Shown here: positions 1-11,770 of the stretch, piece by piece | Layout: every line of letters starts with the position of its first letter | How positions within the stretch are numbered: the first letter of the stretch is position 1 | Origin: Lobosporangium transversale | Taxonomy: Eukaryota | Direction of reading: 5' to 3' | Assembly (NCBI RefSeq): GCF_002105155.1 | Contig: NW_019028993.1 | Location: 620,001-684,000 of the forward strand | Length of the DNA: 64,000 nucleotides | The notes under the pieces: model-generated | Database searches by the model: none | What the model saw: the letters and a program-made list of their open reading frames with translations, nothing else | What the model was told of the DNA's origin: nothing | Made by a program: the position numbers and the translations under genes

Positions 1-23
1 GTTATCGCCAGCCAAGTTGACGC

Positions 24-105
24 TTATGCCTCTGTATTCATGTAGGATCAGAAAAACAAAATAAATAAAACCGTTAGATTAGTTTTATTTTATTTTTATT
101 TATTT

Positions 106-145
<40 letters not shown>

Positions 146-395
146 TGAAGCTTTTTAACTTACCAAGGATATGCTTCTCCACAAGGGCTTCAACTGTAGG
201 ACGCTGAGTGATCTTTGTGTTGAGCAAATCTTCCAGCTGTGAGCGCTTCAGCTCCTCCTCTTTCCTCTGCAATGCGGGGGCCACATGAGAATCTATCCGG
301 TTTTTTCAAAATAAAAAATAAATGTTATTACGCGACTTGTGATGGAGGAGCACAGACAACAAAAAAAACTAAAAAAAAAAAAAAAAAAATAAAAA

Positions 396-427
<32 letters not shown>

Positions 428-940
428 AGCTCTGTCCTTTCTAAAAAGTGTCTTTTTTTTTTTTTTTTTTTTTTTTTTTCACACGCACACTCTTCTTGTA
501 GTTGTGGTCTAGTTCATCGCTCATTCCAGTTGATAATGTTACTTTCAATGAATTGACAAAGCATTTTATAGATGTCTTCCTCTACAGCTCCTTCTTTCCT
601 TTAAAGATAAAGTTAAATAATAAAGAAAAAAATAAAAATAGTTTCACGCTTGGATTGGAGAAAAGATAATAAATATCTTTACCTTTGAGGATGTTCTTTT
701 CAACGAGCTCCTCCCGGTCAGGACGATGCTTCAAAAAGGTCTCGAGCTCCTCGGAAGCGCGTGTCTTGTCAGTGTTATCGGCTGTTTCAAGGACATAAAA
801 ATATTATCCAAAAAAGACAGGTTGTTTTTTTCAATCCCATCCAATGTGAAGTAGTCTATAAATGACGCGTAATATAAAACAAAAAGAGAGAGGAATATGA
901 GTCTAATTGCATATATCGCGTTTGCAAAGGTTCAGGGTAG

Positions 941-973
<33 letters not shown>

Positions 974-1252
974 AAATGTAACAACAAAAATCACGTACAG
1001 ATTGAAGGCATCCCGAAAGAAAAGAGCGAGAGAGCGAGAGAAAGAGAAAGAGAAATAGGGATCGGCAATGAGATAGTTTCCCGAATACGAGTCAACAATG
1101 AGATTCAACGAAGAAGAGTAAAATGGACAAGAGGACAGTTGGATATGTCGAGCAGTACAGCGAATCAAGAAGAAAAAGGTTTCGCAAAGTTAGTAAAGTG
1201 ACTTTGGATTTCTGCACAAAATTATTTCTGTTTGGATGTTGCACATACCCAT
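24..1252 (-). CDS. Small RPEL-repeat (G-actin-binding motif) protein, ~79 aa, 4 exons
   Basis: Manual splicing (ATGG|gtatgt at 1252-1249; exons ~781-682, ~292-163, ~31-24) gives MADNTDKTRASEELETFLKHRPDREELVEKNILKDSHVAPALQRKEEELKRSQLEDLLNTKITQRPTVEALVEKHILEA*, with two RPxxxxLxxKxIL RPEL motifs. Introns are GT-AG with a CTAAC branch point near 75. Not present in the ORF track. Confidence 0.85.
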
Positions 1253-2133
1253 GGTCTAGTTGATGTTGTCTGTAGAGTTGTGAATGAGCAAAAGAGATGA
1301 TGGAGTTGAAGAATGAGAGAGAAAGAAAGAAAGAGAAGAAAAAAAAGAGACTAAGGGGATAAAATACCCTCTGTCTTCTTCACTTACCCCTTTCAAAAAA
1401 AGGAGCCTAAAAAGGCTGAACATGTGCTGCAGACGAAGAGTTTATGTTTGTTCATGATGAATATATGAATATAAAACATGTATAACACGTAGAATGGGGT
1501 TAGGACTATGCATGTACATGTACAACAGTGCACAAATGCAAGACTGGGCATCTGACCAACGAAGGAGATTGGACAACTGCCTTTTCTGCATTTTTATTTC
1601 AGAGCAATCAATCAATCAATCAATCAATTGCAAAAAAGATGCGATGCTCAATATAAAAGTATATAAAGTACACTAACTAGGGTTTTTCCCCCTGCCTCCT
1701 TTTTTTGCCGATGTTTACGTTGATTAAAAATATTTTTATACTTCTTTCTTTAATCTTTCCTACCTTTTCAACTCCCTCATGCTCTTTTTTTTTTTTTTTA
1801 AGAAAAAAATTGGTCAGGTCACCTTTATGCTTAAGTAAAAATCATTTTCTTTCTGACGTTCAATCTTGACCCTAACGCCAACAATAGCTGTGGTCATGTA
1901 GTGTCCCTGTCCATGTGCCATCATCACGTTTTTTGACTATGACCGACCTTCTTTACTTGATCCTGATAAAATAGTCAGCAGAGGAAGGAGTGGACGAGTG
2001 CAAGAAGATCAGTCGCTCTTCTTCATCTGATTATCACACATTCTCTCTTGAATCATGTCTATCATCTTATAAAGACAATACGTCTAGAAAGGACTATTAA
2101 CAAGAACAGACAAACGTGATTAAGCAAATTGGG

Positions 2134-2166
<33 letters not shown>

Positions 2167-2345
2167 ATGTACATTAAATCAAAATGTGAAGCAAATGAAC
2201 AAACACAACTCTATGAAGGCAGATGATATAGTAGATACTACAATGAAGACTAGGTATGGAAGAAAATAAAATAAAGACATTTGTACGTTTGCATTTCTCT
2301 GCTTTTCTCTTTTTCTTTTCTTTTTTTTTTTTTTTTTTTTTTTTT

Positions 2346-3065
2346 CTACTTCTTCTTGGACGTCTTCTTTGCAATAGTCTCGTCGCCTACAAAGATACCC
2401 TTTTGGTTATAGGGCTCTGGTGGTCTCCATTTCCTGATTTTGAATGCAAACTCCTTGACTTTTTGAATATCATTTCCTTGCAACACAATCTTGTTCGGTA
2501 AAGGAGTCGAACATTGAATCCCCTCTGGGATATCCACCTCCACAGAATGCGAGTATCCCAACTTCATGGATAACTTTTCCTTGCTTCCTCCGGCTGCTTC
2601 TTTATTGTCTTCCACTGTTGCACGATAACCAACGCCTACCAAACGAATCGGGACTGTATAACCTTCTGAAACTCCTGTGATAGCGTTCGCAATCAATGCT
2701 CGTGTCGTCCCCCACATGGCCCTTTGTTCTTTGATTTCCGGATCCTGTACAGTGATACTCAATAGGGAATCTCCTTGTTCCTGTTCAAACTTCAAGTTTA
2801 CATAGGGTTTAATGGGTAGGACATGTTCTCCCAATGGTCCCTTGATATGAAGTGTGGTCGAATGAAGATCTGCAGGAACACGAGGGTTGAGAATCGGAGT
2901 AGGGTCATGAGTCAAGACCACATCCGTGCCAAAAGGTAAAACCTGTTTGCCAATATGAGAGAGAATTGCAGGTGAAGTCGAGAACGAACGGCGGATCAGA
3001 CCATTTGCAGTTGTTGTCGTTGTAATGAGGCTCTGACCCAGTCGTCTTGGGATCATGCTCGACAT
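2346..3065 (-). CDS. MRPL6: Mitochondrial ribosomal protein uL6m
   Basis: Intronless ORF with L6 motifs SHIGK, KGPLG, MWGTTRALIAN, LVGVGYRA, LGYSH and RPPEPYNQKGIF. The Arg/Ser/Thr-rich N-terminus (RRSFSTS) resembles a mitochondrial presequence. First ATG is at 3065. Confidence 0.95.
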   Translation of the reverse strand: MSSMIPRRLGQSLITTTTTANGLIRRSFSTSPAILSHIGKQVLPFGTDVVLTHDPTPILNPRVPADLHSTTLHIKGPLGEHVLPIKPYVNLKFEQEQGDSLLSITVQDPEIKEQRAMWGTTRALIANAITGVSEGYTVPIRLVGVGYRATVEDNKEAAGGSKEKLSMKLGYSHSVEVDIPEGIQCSTPLPNKIVLQGNDIQKVKEFAFKIRKWRPPEPYNQKGIFVGDETIAKKTSKKK

Positions 3066-3109
3066 TATTGGACTCGTCTGTTGATGATAAAGTTTTTGAG
3101 CAAACAAAA

Positions 3110-3140
<31 letters not shown>

Positions 3141-3483
3141 AGAAAAAGGGTCTACGGTCGTTCGTTTATTGTCACCAAAAGGAACGTGGTGAATGTCCGA
3201 AAAAACTGATCTTTTTTTTGTTGTTGTTGTGCCCTTGTCCTTGTGGGAGACTCTTCCTCTGGTTGCTTATAAGGTCGGAAGACTGCTATTATTGCACGTG
3301 ATATATAGTAAACAAAAAAAACCCCCGCCTCTCCTCCAACACTCCTCTCTCAAACATTCCGATTAGTTTGATTAGTGCATTCATTCTCCTTCTTTCTCTT
3401 TCTCTTCAAAATATTAAGGACATTAGAGGCAACCAAATCAACACCTTTGAACAAATAAACGTTTAAATATATATATATCCATC
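3066..3483. promoter_or_regulatory. Putative bidirectional promoter between MRPL6 and MRP2
   Basis: ~420-bp gap between two divergent start codons, with TATA-like and pyrimidine-rich tracts. Positional inference only. Confidence 0.5.
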
Positions 3484-3786
3484 ATGCCTCGCGCTCGCAT
3501 TATCCGTGATATGAAAGCTAGAGCCACTGTGGCTTCAACAGAGGTCGTTCGTCAAGCTCTTCGTTACCTGACCCGCAACACCACTCTCCCTGCCAAGGTC
3601 CGCGCACAAGCACAGCTGCAACTCAACGCCTTCCCTCGTGATGCTCGTCCTACTGCTATTCATAACCGTTGTCTCGAAACTGGACGTGGTCGTGGTGTCC
3701 TCCGTGCTTTCCGTCTATGCAGATTCCAATTTCGTCTCAAGGCTTTGGAGGGTGAACTTCCTGGTGTGAAAAAGTCGACTTGGTAA
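3484..3786 (+). CDS. MRP2: Mitochondrial ribosomal protein uS14m
   Basis: Intronless 100-aa ORF with the S14 signature NRCLETGRGRGVLRAFRLCRFQFR...GELPGVKKSTW. Confidence 0.95.
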   Translation: MPRARIIRDMKARATVASTEVVRQALRYLTRNTTLPAKVRAQAQLQLNAFPRDARPTAIHNRCLETGRGRGVLRAFRLCRFQFRLKALEGELPGVKKSTW

Positions 3787-4354
3787 AAAAAAAAAAAAAA
3801 AAAAAAAAAAAGGGAAAAGGACGCAGGAAAGATATCAATCGACTTTTTTGATGGACAAGGAAAGAGAGAAGGGAAACCATGTTGGAAGTATACGGAGTAA
3901 GAACAAGGAGGAGAAGCTATTCAAATGTATCGAATATACTCTTTTTTATGGATAACCGGAAATCAGAAACTGTCAAGAATCAGCGCGTCGTGTTTTTATT
4001 TTTTTATTTTTATTTTCCCTCCGCATCCATAATTCAATTTACAACAGGAAGCACCTTATCAAACAGCAGAGACAATACTGCTAGGACAACATCAACCCAC
4101 CATTATCAACTTCAGATAGATTAGATCTGAGGGTATGAGTTCTCTTGGTATCACATTTGTACAAATATAACACCCATCAGTTCTTTTTATTTTGCCATTA
4201 CATTTGGGAGATTTACAAAAGAAATGATTATGGTTCAGATACAAGCGCAAATTTTGTTAAAGAGTTATAGTTGGAAAGACACTATGTACAAATGCTTTTA
4301 AAAAGCTACAGCAATAAAAGAAAAAATGGTGGTAGGCAGTGAGAGGGTTTTCCT

Positions 4355-5656
4355 CTAATCCAAATCCATACCCATGATTTTATCCTCCAGTTCTTGGACA
4401 TGGGAATCGTCGTTTGCAGAATCATGGGAGGCATAGCCATCGTCTTCCTTATCGTCATCAATCTCTGTAATGCGTGCCGTGAACTCTGGCGTATCATCAT
4501 CCTCATAATCAAAAGATGAGCTCAAGAATGTTGGTGGAGGTCGACGGTACAAGACCAGCTCGTTACCTTGAACATCACTCAGTTCAGGAGTAGTATTATA
4601 TCGATTCAACCATTGCTTACGAATCAGTGCATCAACCCCATCAGCAAGTGTCACGGTTTTGGGGCCCTCGTATCTAATCAAAGCGCCAAGGTCAGCTTGA
4701 GAGGGTTTGGGTGTTTGAGGTGTTGCATTGTCCCAGTTATCTTGGTCCATCATCATGGATGATTCCGATTGGTCATCCCGATAGGTGTTTGAATTAGAAT
4801 ACTGAGAAAACTGTCCATGGTTATCATCATCACTCGTACGATCTTTCTTGGTGGTGTTGGACTGGAGTTCATTCCGAGGTTCTGAGATGATCTCAAGTGG
4901 GCTGTCATCACCATCCCCACTGTCTCTGCTGCTGCTATTATCCATGGATCGATGGATCCGGCTTCGTTTATATGGCGAAGGTAATGAAGGTGCATGATCC
5001 ATTACTGGTTTTAGCGTCCCATCTTCTAAAACATCAAAGATTTCGCGTAGTGAATCTGCGGACGAAAGAGAGTCTGCAGTACTCTCGCGGCGACGTTTGT
5101 GTTCTTTTTCGCCCAAATGAGATGATGACAACTCTTCTCCTGAAGAAAGGTCAACGATACGCACATCGTTACCTTGAGATCTTCTGGTATATTTTGGCAA
5201 AAGTGGGGGCCTACGAGGAGTAGAGGACAAAGGGTTTGACTCTTTTAATGTAGTTGGGGTCGAGGACAACCGGTCAGAGCTTGTTGTGATATTGTTTGGG
5301 ATATTGTTATTAGTAAGGATAGTGGGATCTGTAGCAGTAGCAGAACGGCGAAGTTTCTTGATAGGATGAGGCCTCGGTAAGGTGGAAGACGGCTCATTCA
5401 ATGAAGCATCGAGAGCGGCATAAAACTCTGGCTCAAAATGGAAAGATCGTTTTCTTCGTCCGGTATCCATGTTGTTGTGCTCAATGTGTGGTGGTGATTG
5501 TTGGCCTGGTTCCTGCTCATATGGCTGGTGAAAAGACTGAGGATAAACTGACTGCTTTTCTCTTTGAAGCAAGTCTTTTTGTGTAATCATGTGGTTATTG
5601 AAGGGGCTATACTTGTGTGATTGAAAGGGGTCTTGGATAGGTCTTTGTGCAAACAT
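4355..5656 (-). CDS. Hypothetical low-complexity protein with basic NLS-like patches and an acidic C-terminus
   Basis: Long uninterrupted ORF; first ATG gives MFAQRPIQDP. No family recognised. Confidence 0.7.
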   Translation of the reverse strand: MFAQRPIQDPFQSHKYSPFNNHMITQKDLLQREKQSVYPQSFHQPYEQEPGQQSPPHIEHNNMDTGRRKRSFHFEPEFYAALDASLNEPSSTLPRPHPIKKLRRSATATDPTILTNNNIPNNITTSSDRLSSTPTTLKESNPLSSTPRRPPLLPKYTRRSQGNDVRIVDLSSGEELSSSHLGEKEHKRRRESTADSLSSADSLREIFDVLEDGTLKPVMDHAPSLPSPYKRSRIHRSMDNSSSRDSGDGDDSPLEIISEPRNELQSNTTKKDRTSDDDNHGQFSQYSNSNTYRDDQSESSMMMDQDNWDNATPQTPKPSQADLGALIRYEGPKTVTLADGVDALIRKQWLNRYNTTPELSDVQGNELVLYRRPPPTFLSSSFDYEDDDTPEFTARITEIDDDKEDDGYASHDSANDDSHVQELEDKIMGMDLD

Positions 5657-6775
5657 GGTAGCGTAGGCTGGCAAAGCAAAGAGACCGAGCAGTGTCACCA
5701 GCGACGGGTCGGAGAAGGAAGTGAAGGCGTTAGAAGAGTGGAAAAAGTTATGAACTGGCGTTGTTGTAAGTATAGTAGACCGAAGCAAAAGATGGTCGGT
5801 CTATTCAAGTGGGATTGTTAGTTAAAGAAATGAGGTGAATGAGGAAAGAGAAATTTTTTCCGTTGGTGTTCTGAATCCTTCTCAATTTATAGAAGCAAAA
5901 TTATTGGGCGAATGTGCTGGAACGCGAGGGAATCTTTGAGAACGTGAGAACGACGGACGATGCTTGCCTGTGTGACTGCTCATGATTTACAAATCGGATA
6001 TTGGCACTCCTAGTTCAGGATCACTGGTCTTTGACCAATTATCTTTCTGGGTTCCAAACACCCATGGATGAAATAAATCCTTTTGTAGGGTGCCATATTT
6101 TTTATTTTTATTTATTTTTTTTTTTTTTTCAAGACGATCAAGACGGGTATGATTCTTTCTAATGGTTGCTGCAGCTCCTTAACAACAATAATGCTTCACT
6201 CTATTTTACGATGATATCATAAATGTGAAATGCACAGAGTGAAGGTAAACAATGAAATTGGATTCGAAGGGGATAAATATAAGGCAGCTTACTCTCTAGG
6301 ATTCAGTAAACCGAAGTATAGATGGCAATATTGAAATATCAAAGAAAAGAAGGAGTTTGACAAATAAGAAGCGATTTAAAAGTATAATAGCCTTGTAGAA
6401 ATGAATAACTGACTGACTGTCAGCATGTAAAAGAGACGAAAATGCATGCATGCATGCATCTGGAAAGATGAAGCACTACTTTTGTTTCCTCACACGCGTG
6501 TGCCAAGTGACACGACCGCGTCTTTTTTTTTTTTTTACTACTCCATTCGTGCAAAATATGCGTGCAATCCTCTTAAACCAGTCATTTATTTGCATTGAAT
6601 AATAACAATAATAAACCTTTTAGAAATATCTTCTTTCTTTTTTCACCATCTTTCTTCCTCATTTCATCTGTCCCTTGGCTTTTTTTTTTCTCTTTGATTC
6701 TCCTGATCCTTCTTATTCACCCTCAACGTAGGTCGACACACCCACACAGCACACAGGCTCGGCGGATTCACATGC

Positions 6776-9700
6776 ATGTCTGGTCAGGGAGAAGACGCCC
6801 CAGGGCCACCACCCAGCTCTGCTTCAACCCTTCTAACCAGCACCAATGCATCTCTCCCAGCCAATACCGATCTCACATCGCATGCCAATGTCAACACTAT
6901 TGTTCAAAATCAAAATCATGATACTATAGCCGCTCATGGCAATCGAAGGACGGGGACTATTGAACAGGATACTGCACAGACTCAAACTCTGACTCAGGCT
7001 TCTCAGGCGCAGGCTCAGGCACAGGCACGAGTAAAACCTCACGATACTAATCGAGCAGCAACGACGACTACAGCATCGACAGTACCTCCCATGGACAATC
7101 ACTCTTCCCGTCACATTGCCTCATCCACTCCTCCAGTCTCCAATAGTGGCAATGTCAACAACAGCAACAGCAACAGCAATAGTAAACCTGGTAACACTGG
7201 GACTACACCAACTAGTACAGGTAGGACTCGTGGTCCACCAATGAGCCTCCCTCCTGGGGCTATAGCTCAGGCCCAGGCCCAGTTCCCGACAATGTTAACA
7301 ACCCAATTACAGCTGCAAGTGAATACAAAGGCTCCCCCTACATCGTCACCTCCAACTCTCAACCTCGTTCCTGCGACACCGGGCCCTAGCACCTCCTCCA
7401 ACAGTAACAATCCCAAAACCGGTACAGATCTGCCTACTTCCAATCCCTCCACGCTTTCCAAACATAAAGGTCTACCTGTTCTTCCTTATCTTGTCACGCC
7501 CAAGGAAGAAAAGAGTCATGCGGCCATCTTGGGATTGTGGGATTTTGATGAAAGTCATCAATCTAGTAAACCTACAAGCAAGGTCACAAAATCTAATAAA
7601 GGCCCGCCCAGTACTTCTGAAGCTTTTGACTCTTCCAGAGTCGTTACGTCAATGGGTGCTGAAGGCGGTCGAAAGGCTCTACTAGCGCTACAAAGTGTAG
7701 CAGCCGAAGGGGGTGAATACATCTCAAGCGGAGGTAAGATGAGGGGCCATAAGGTGAAAAAGAGAGTAGGACTATCATGTGTTATTATTGGCGAACCTTC
7801 TCTTCCTTCACACGCGATATTCCTGACCGACATTTTATTTTTTTTCTCTCTCTCGATAGGGCCTAGAAAAAAGGCATCTGCTCAACAGCTGACATCTAAA
7901 TTTACGATCCTTCCACCACCATTATCATCAGCACTATCAGTCGCATCAGCACCAGTCTCTTTAAACAGAGATCGTGATGGAGATTCAAAGGAGACTGGAA
8001 TGTCGCAAAATACGCAATTTGAGTCCATATCTTTGCCAGCAACACCTACTGCCACTGAAAGTCGTTCCTATTGTTTGCCTGAGAACGGTTTTTTCCTTGC
8101 AGTTTTGTCTATGTATTGGTCAAATCTCGTTGGACCCAGGATAGAGCAGGTAAATAAAGCCTTAATTATCGATTGAAGTCTTCAATAATTCAAGTACATC
8201 ATGAGCCATTCTTATCAAACATCGCCCGCAAACAGAACTACAAGCAAATGAGCAAGCGACTAAAACAACTCAACGGGTATTCCTTTGTACTTTATGCTTT
8301 AACATCTGACTTTTTTTTTTTTTTTTTTTTTTTTTCTCATTTTTCTCCCGACTCTTATTCTTCCATCCAACTTTATCCTAAATGTGTTTGTGTTTATATG
8401 AACGATAACTGTCGTACAAACAACAACATAAAAAAGATATGGACCTCGCGGGTGGGTTGTCCTGACGAATCAACATTGAACCTGTTGGCTAAGCAAGTAT
8501 TGAATGGTGAAGTAATGCGCACCACGGATACCATTGAACCAAAGATGGTTGTCCTACAGGAAGAAGGTATGTATATGTATTCCTAAATATGTACTGCTAA
8601 TAGTGAGGGAGCCCAACTTGTCCGCTGTCCAAAAAAAAGTTAAAAGTTCAAATTTATTTATTTATTTTTATACATATATATATTAGGTTTGATCGCCATG
8701 TCGTATCTTTACACTGCCCACCCATCAATGGCTGACAATACTTCATATAGCTGCACTTTGGGATCAACTACAGGAACACTCGCAATGTCCACCAAATTCG
8801 TCCTCAGTTTTGTAGTGCCGCTTGTGTATCTGCAAAGTTTTTCTAGTTTCTTCGACATTATGACCGACCATGCTCCAATGCTCATTGAAATCCTTCGTGG
8901 CTTTCGATCAGGGCTTGTAAGCCATCTTTCTTTCATTTTATGTTATTTGTATGAGAGAAATAGAGAGCTTGAGCTGGCAAAGAATCATTGAGTAGAATAA
9001 CTCATGTTGATGCATTCTCTTTTCTCATTATTTTCATCAATATAGCGATTAAATGTAGCACTGGAAATGTTTGCAGAAGATCATTTAGTACCATTTGTGG
9101 AGGATATTATGACGATGGAGGCTGCTGCAATGGCAATCGAAGGAGCCAAGGTAACTTACTCTCTTTATATATATTTTTGAGCTCTTCTCTACCTCATTTC
9201 AGCACATAATCAGCATATTCATTCTGGACTTCTTTTTTTTTTTTTAATGATACCAGGCGAGTCATATTGCATTAGGAAAAGAAGGCGATCAGGTGTTTGG
9301 ACGTGAATTTATTAATCGGGCCATCACATCACATCTGCAGACAAACTCCTCCACGGTTGTTGTAGGGAATAATATTACAATCATGAATATGGTATGTTAG
9401 GATCGTGAGTAGATTTTTTTTTTTTTTTCCCCCTTTTCCCTCGTCCAAGCTCATAATAACTAAACTGAGGTTTGTTCTTTTATTTCTTGGTTTATATTAT
9501 AGATGATCAATACCTTAGCACTTTTCCTTTCACCAGAAGATAGAGCTAAATCCTGTCATGCACGGAAACAACATCGCTACATACCGGACCTTTTCTTGCA
9601 GGGGATTTACACGCCTAGCATTGGGAAACCCACTCAATCGCATTCTGGAGCGGGCGTTGACCATGAAACAGGATTACCTAACCCTTATTCATCAACTCGA

Positions 9701-10601
9701 AGATCTGACCGGACAGGACGGCTCTATCATATTCTTTCTTCACCCTTTCCAACCACTATTGTTGATACTGTACGTTTCAAAGTAGAGCAAACAGAGCGAT
9801 TCCCTAATTATGCACGTCTACGGTCCGATTATCGCAAAGATCAAGTGAAGACTATAGTGGATCGAACGATCAGTCGGGTGAATGCCTGGAATGCAGCATC
9901 TGCGTCTAATCAAGCTGGATACCTATATCAGGGATCCATGATCCCCCCCCAAAACTTTCAACGGAACAGCAATACTTCTGGTGGTGGCAGTGGTGGCGGG
10001 GGTGGTGGCAATGGTGGGGGCGGATCTGATTCAGGAGGATTCTGGGGTGGAGGTGGATCGAGACGAGAAAACAATTGGACTAGTATAGAATGGAGAGGAC
10101 AGAAAGTCGTTAAGCCTGTCCAAACCTCTGCACCCATGGTGGAGAATTTGGTCCGTTGTGTTGTAGGCCTACCGATTGAGATGCGCGAGGGCTTTGTTAG
10201 GCAGTGGAGGAGGGGATTAGTGAAGAAAGCTTCAGCTCTTGTTAAATTTGTCAAGAAAGAAGGGTTGGTTTTCAAACTTGGTGTTTTCACCATTACTACT
10301 CTGCTGTATACATTATTTGCTCCCTTTTCCAGAGGCTGACCTCTTTTTATATTTATACATTATTCACACTAGTCTTGAGCTTGCCGAGCAATTGGAGCAG
10401 CAAAAGCGTCAGAAAAGCCGAGTATTACCAACAGATCATGATTCAGCCAATGCGGATGAAACGACTGCACGATTATCACTGCAAGCTATTTTTCAGCAGA
10501 TGGGTATGGAGTCAAGTGATCTAAGTATTGTTCTTGGTACAGCAGAGAGATTGCTTCCATCTATCACCGAGTTTGTCAGCGTTCATTTAGGAGTCGAATG
10601 A
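6776..10601 (+). CDS. C9orf72-like DENN/longin-domain protein with a long disordered N-terminus, multi-exon
   Basis: Segments FLAVLSMYWSNLVGPRIEQ|IW, LAKQVLNGEVMR, EPKMVVLQEEG, INRAITSHLQT and MINTLALFLSPEDR...YIPDLFLQG resemble the C9orf72 family as I recall it (YWDNILGPR, LANHTLNGE). GT-AG introns join the ORF pieces. Confidence 0.85.
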
Positions 10602-10926
10602 GGAAAGAAAAAAACGAAACATTAGACAAAAGAATACATCAAGCTCAATGACCATCAACATTCTCATTTTATATCAAACTGCATTTTTTTTTTTTTTTTT
10701 TTTTACACTTTTTGTACACTCTTTTCCTCGGCACGATTTTTTTTTAATATCACTTAATTTTTTTTCCCTACTCCACTCTCACTTTCTTTCTTCCTCTTAA
10801 TGAAAGATGTCCATTAAAGAAATAAACTGCGCATATCATACCAACAAAAATAGGCCCAATATATACTTTTGATTGTTTTTATTTTGTCATTTATTTATTG
10901 AGTCGGTTTCTCGGCTGTTGTTATGA

Positions 10927-11235
10927 TTAATGATGTTGGTAACGGCGTTCAAGGTTCTGTTTTTCTGCGGCACCGAGGGCTTCGTTCGCAATGCCTTCAG
11001 CCTGCATGGTCTTATCACCGGTGAGGGAGCCGATCTTCTGTTGAGCTTGACCTTCGACTGTATGACCGATTCCATCGACATATTTCTTCTCATCCGCTTG
11101 ACGTTGAGCATTCTCGGCTTGAGTCTTTTGAGCAGCTCCACTGGCGGCCAACTCTGGTTGTCCAAGGTTCTCACCAATCTTTTGTTTCCAACCACCGAGG
11201 GTGGCATTAACGGTGTTGCTAATACGTTCTGTCAT
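10927..11235 (-). CDS. CsbD-like stress-response protein (Hmp1-like)
   Basis: 102 aa with two CsbD-type repeats (GGWKQKIGENLG, GQAQQKIGSLTGDKTMQAEG). Confidence 0.8.
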   Translation of the reverse strand: MTERISNTVNATLGGWKQKIGENLGQPELAASGAAQKTQAENAQRQADEKKYVDGIGHTVEGQAQQKIGSLTGDKTMQAEGIANEALGAAEKQNLERRYQHH

Positions 11236-11770
11236 GGTTTTTTTTAATGTTGTTCTTGTTGCTGTTGTTGAAGATGAAGTTTAAAGGGTTTTCTTTTTTA
11301 AGGTGTGTGTGTGTTCCTTTCTTTTTATACATTTTTTTTTTTTTAAAAGGTCAATGACATCAAAATTATCTAATCGACTTTTATACTTTTCAAAGGATCA
11401 AATAAGATTTATTTTGCGTGAATGCATTGGAAAACTCTCAAGCAGGCGCACAGACAAAGCATGACCCTCACGTCATTTGTGCTATAAAAAAATATAAAAA
11501 AAAAAAAAAAAAAAAAGCTTAACAGTCTTGAAAAGTAAGCAAAAAAGAGAACAATAAACAGACAGAGAGAGAGAGGGAGAGAGAGATAGAGAAAGAGGGA
11601 GTTATAGAATGAGTGAATGGGTGAGTGTTAAGTTAGAGGGATTCACCTTTATTAGACATCTATACATTCAGGTCGAATTAAATTAAATTAATCCCGTTAC
11701 TTGCTTCCTTTTTTCTTTTCGGTCCATCATGTGAATCAATACAATAAAAAAAACTATTTTTTTTTTTCCC

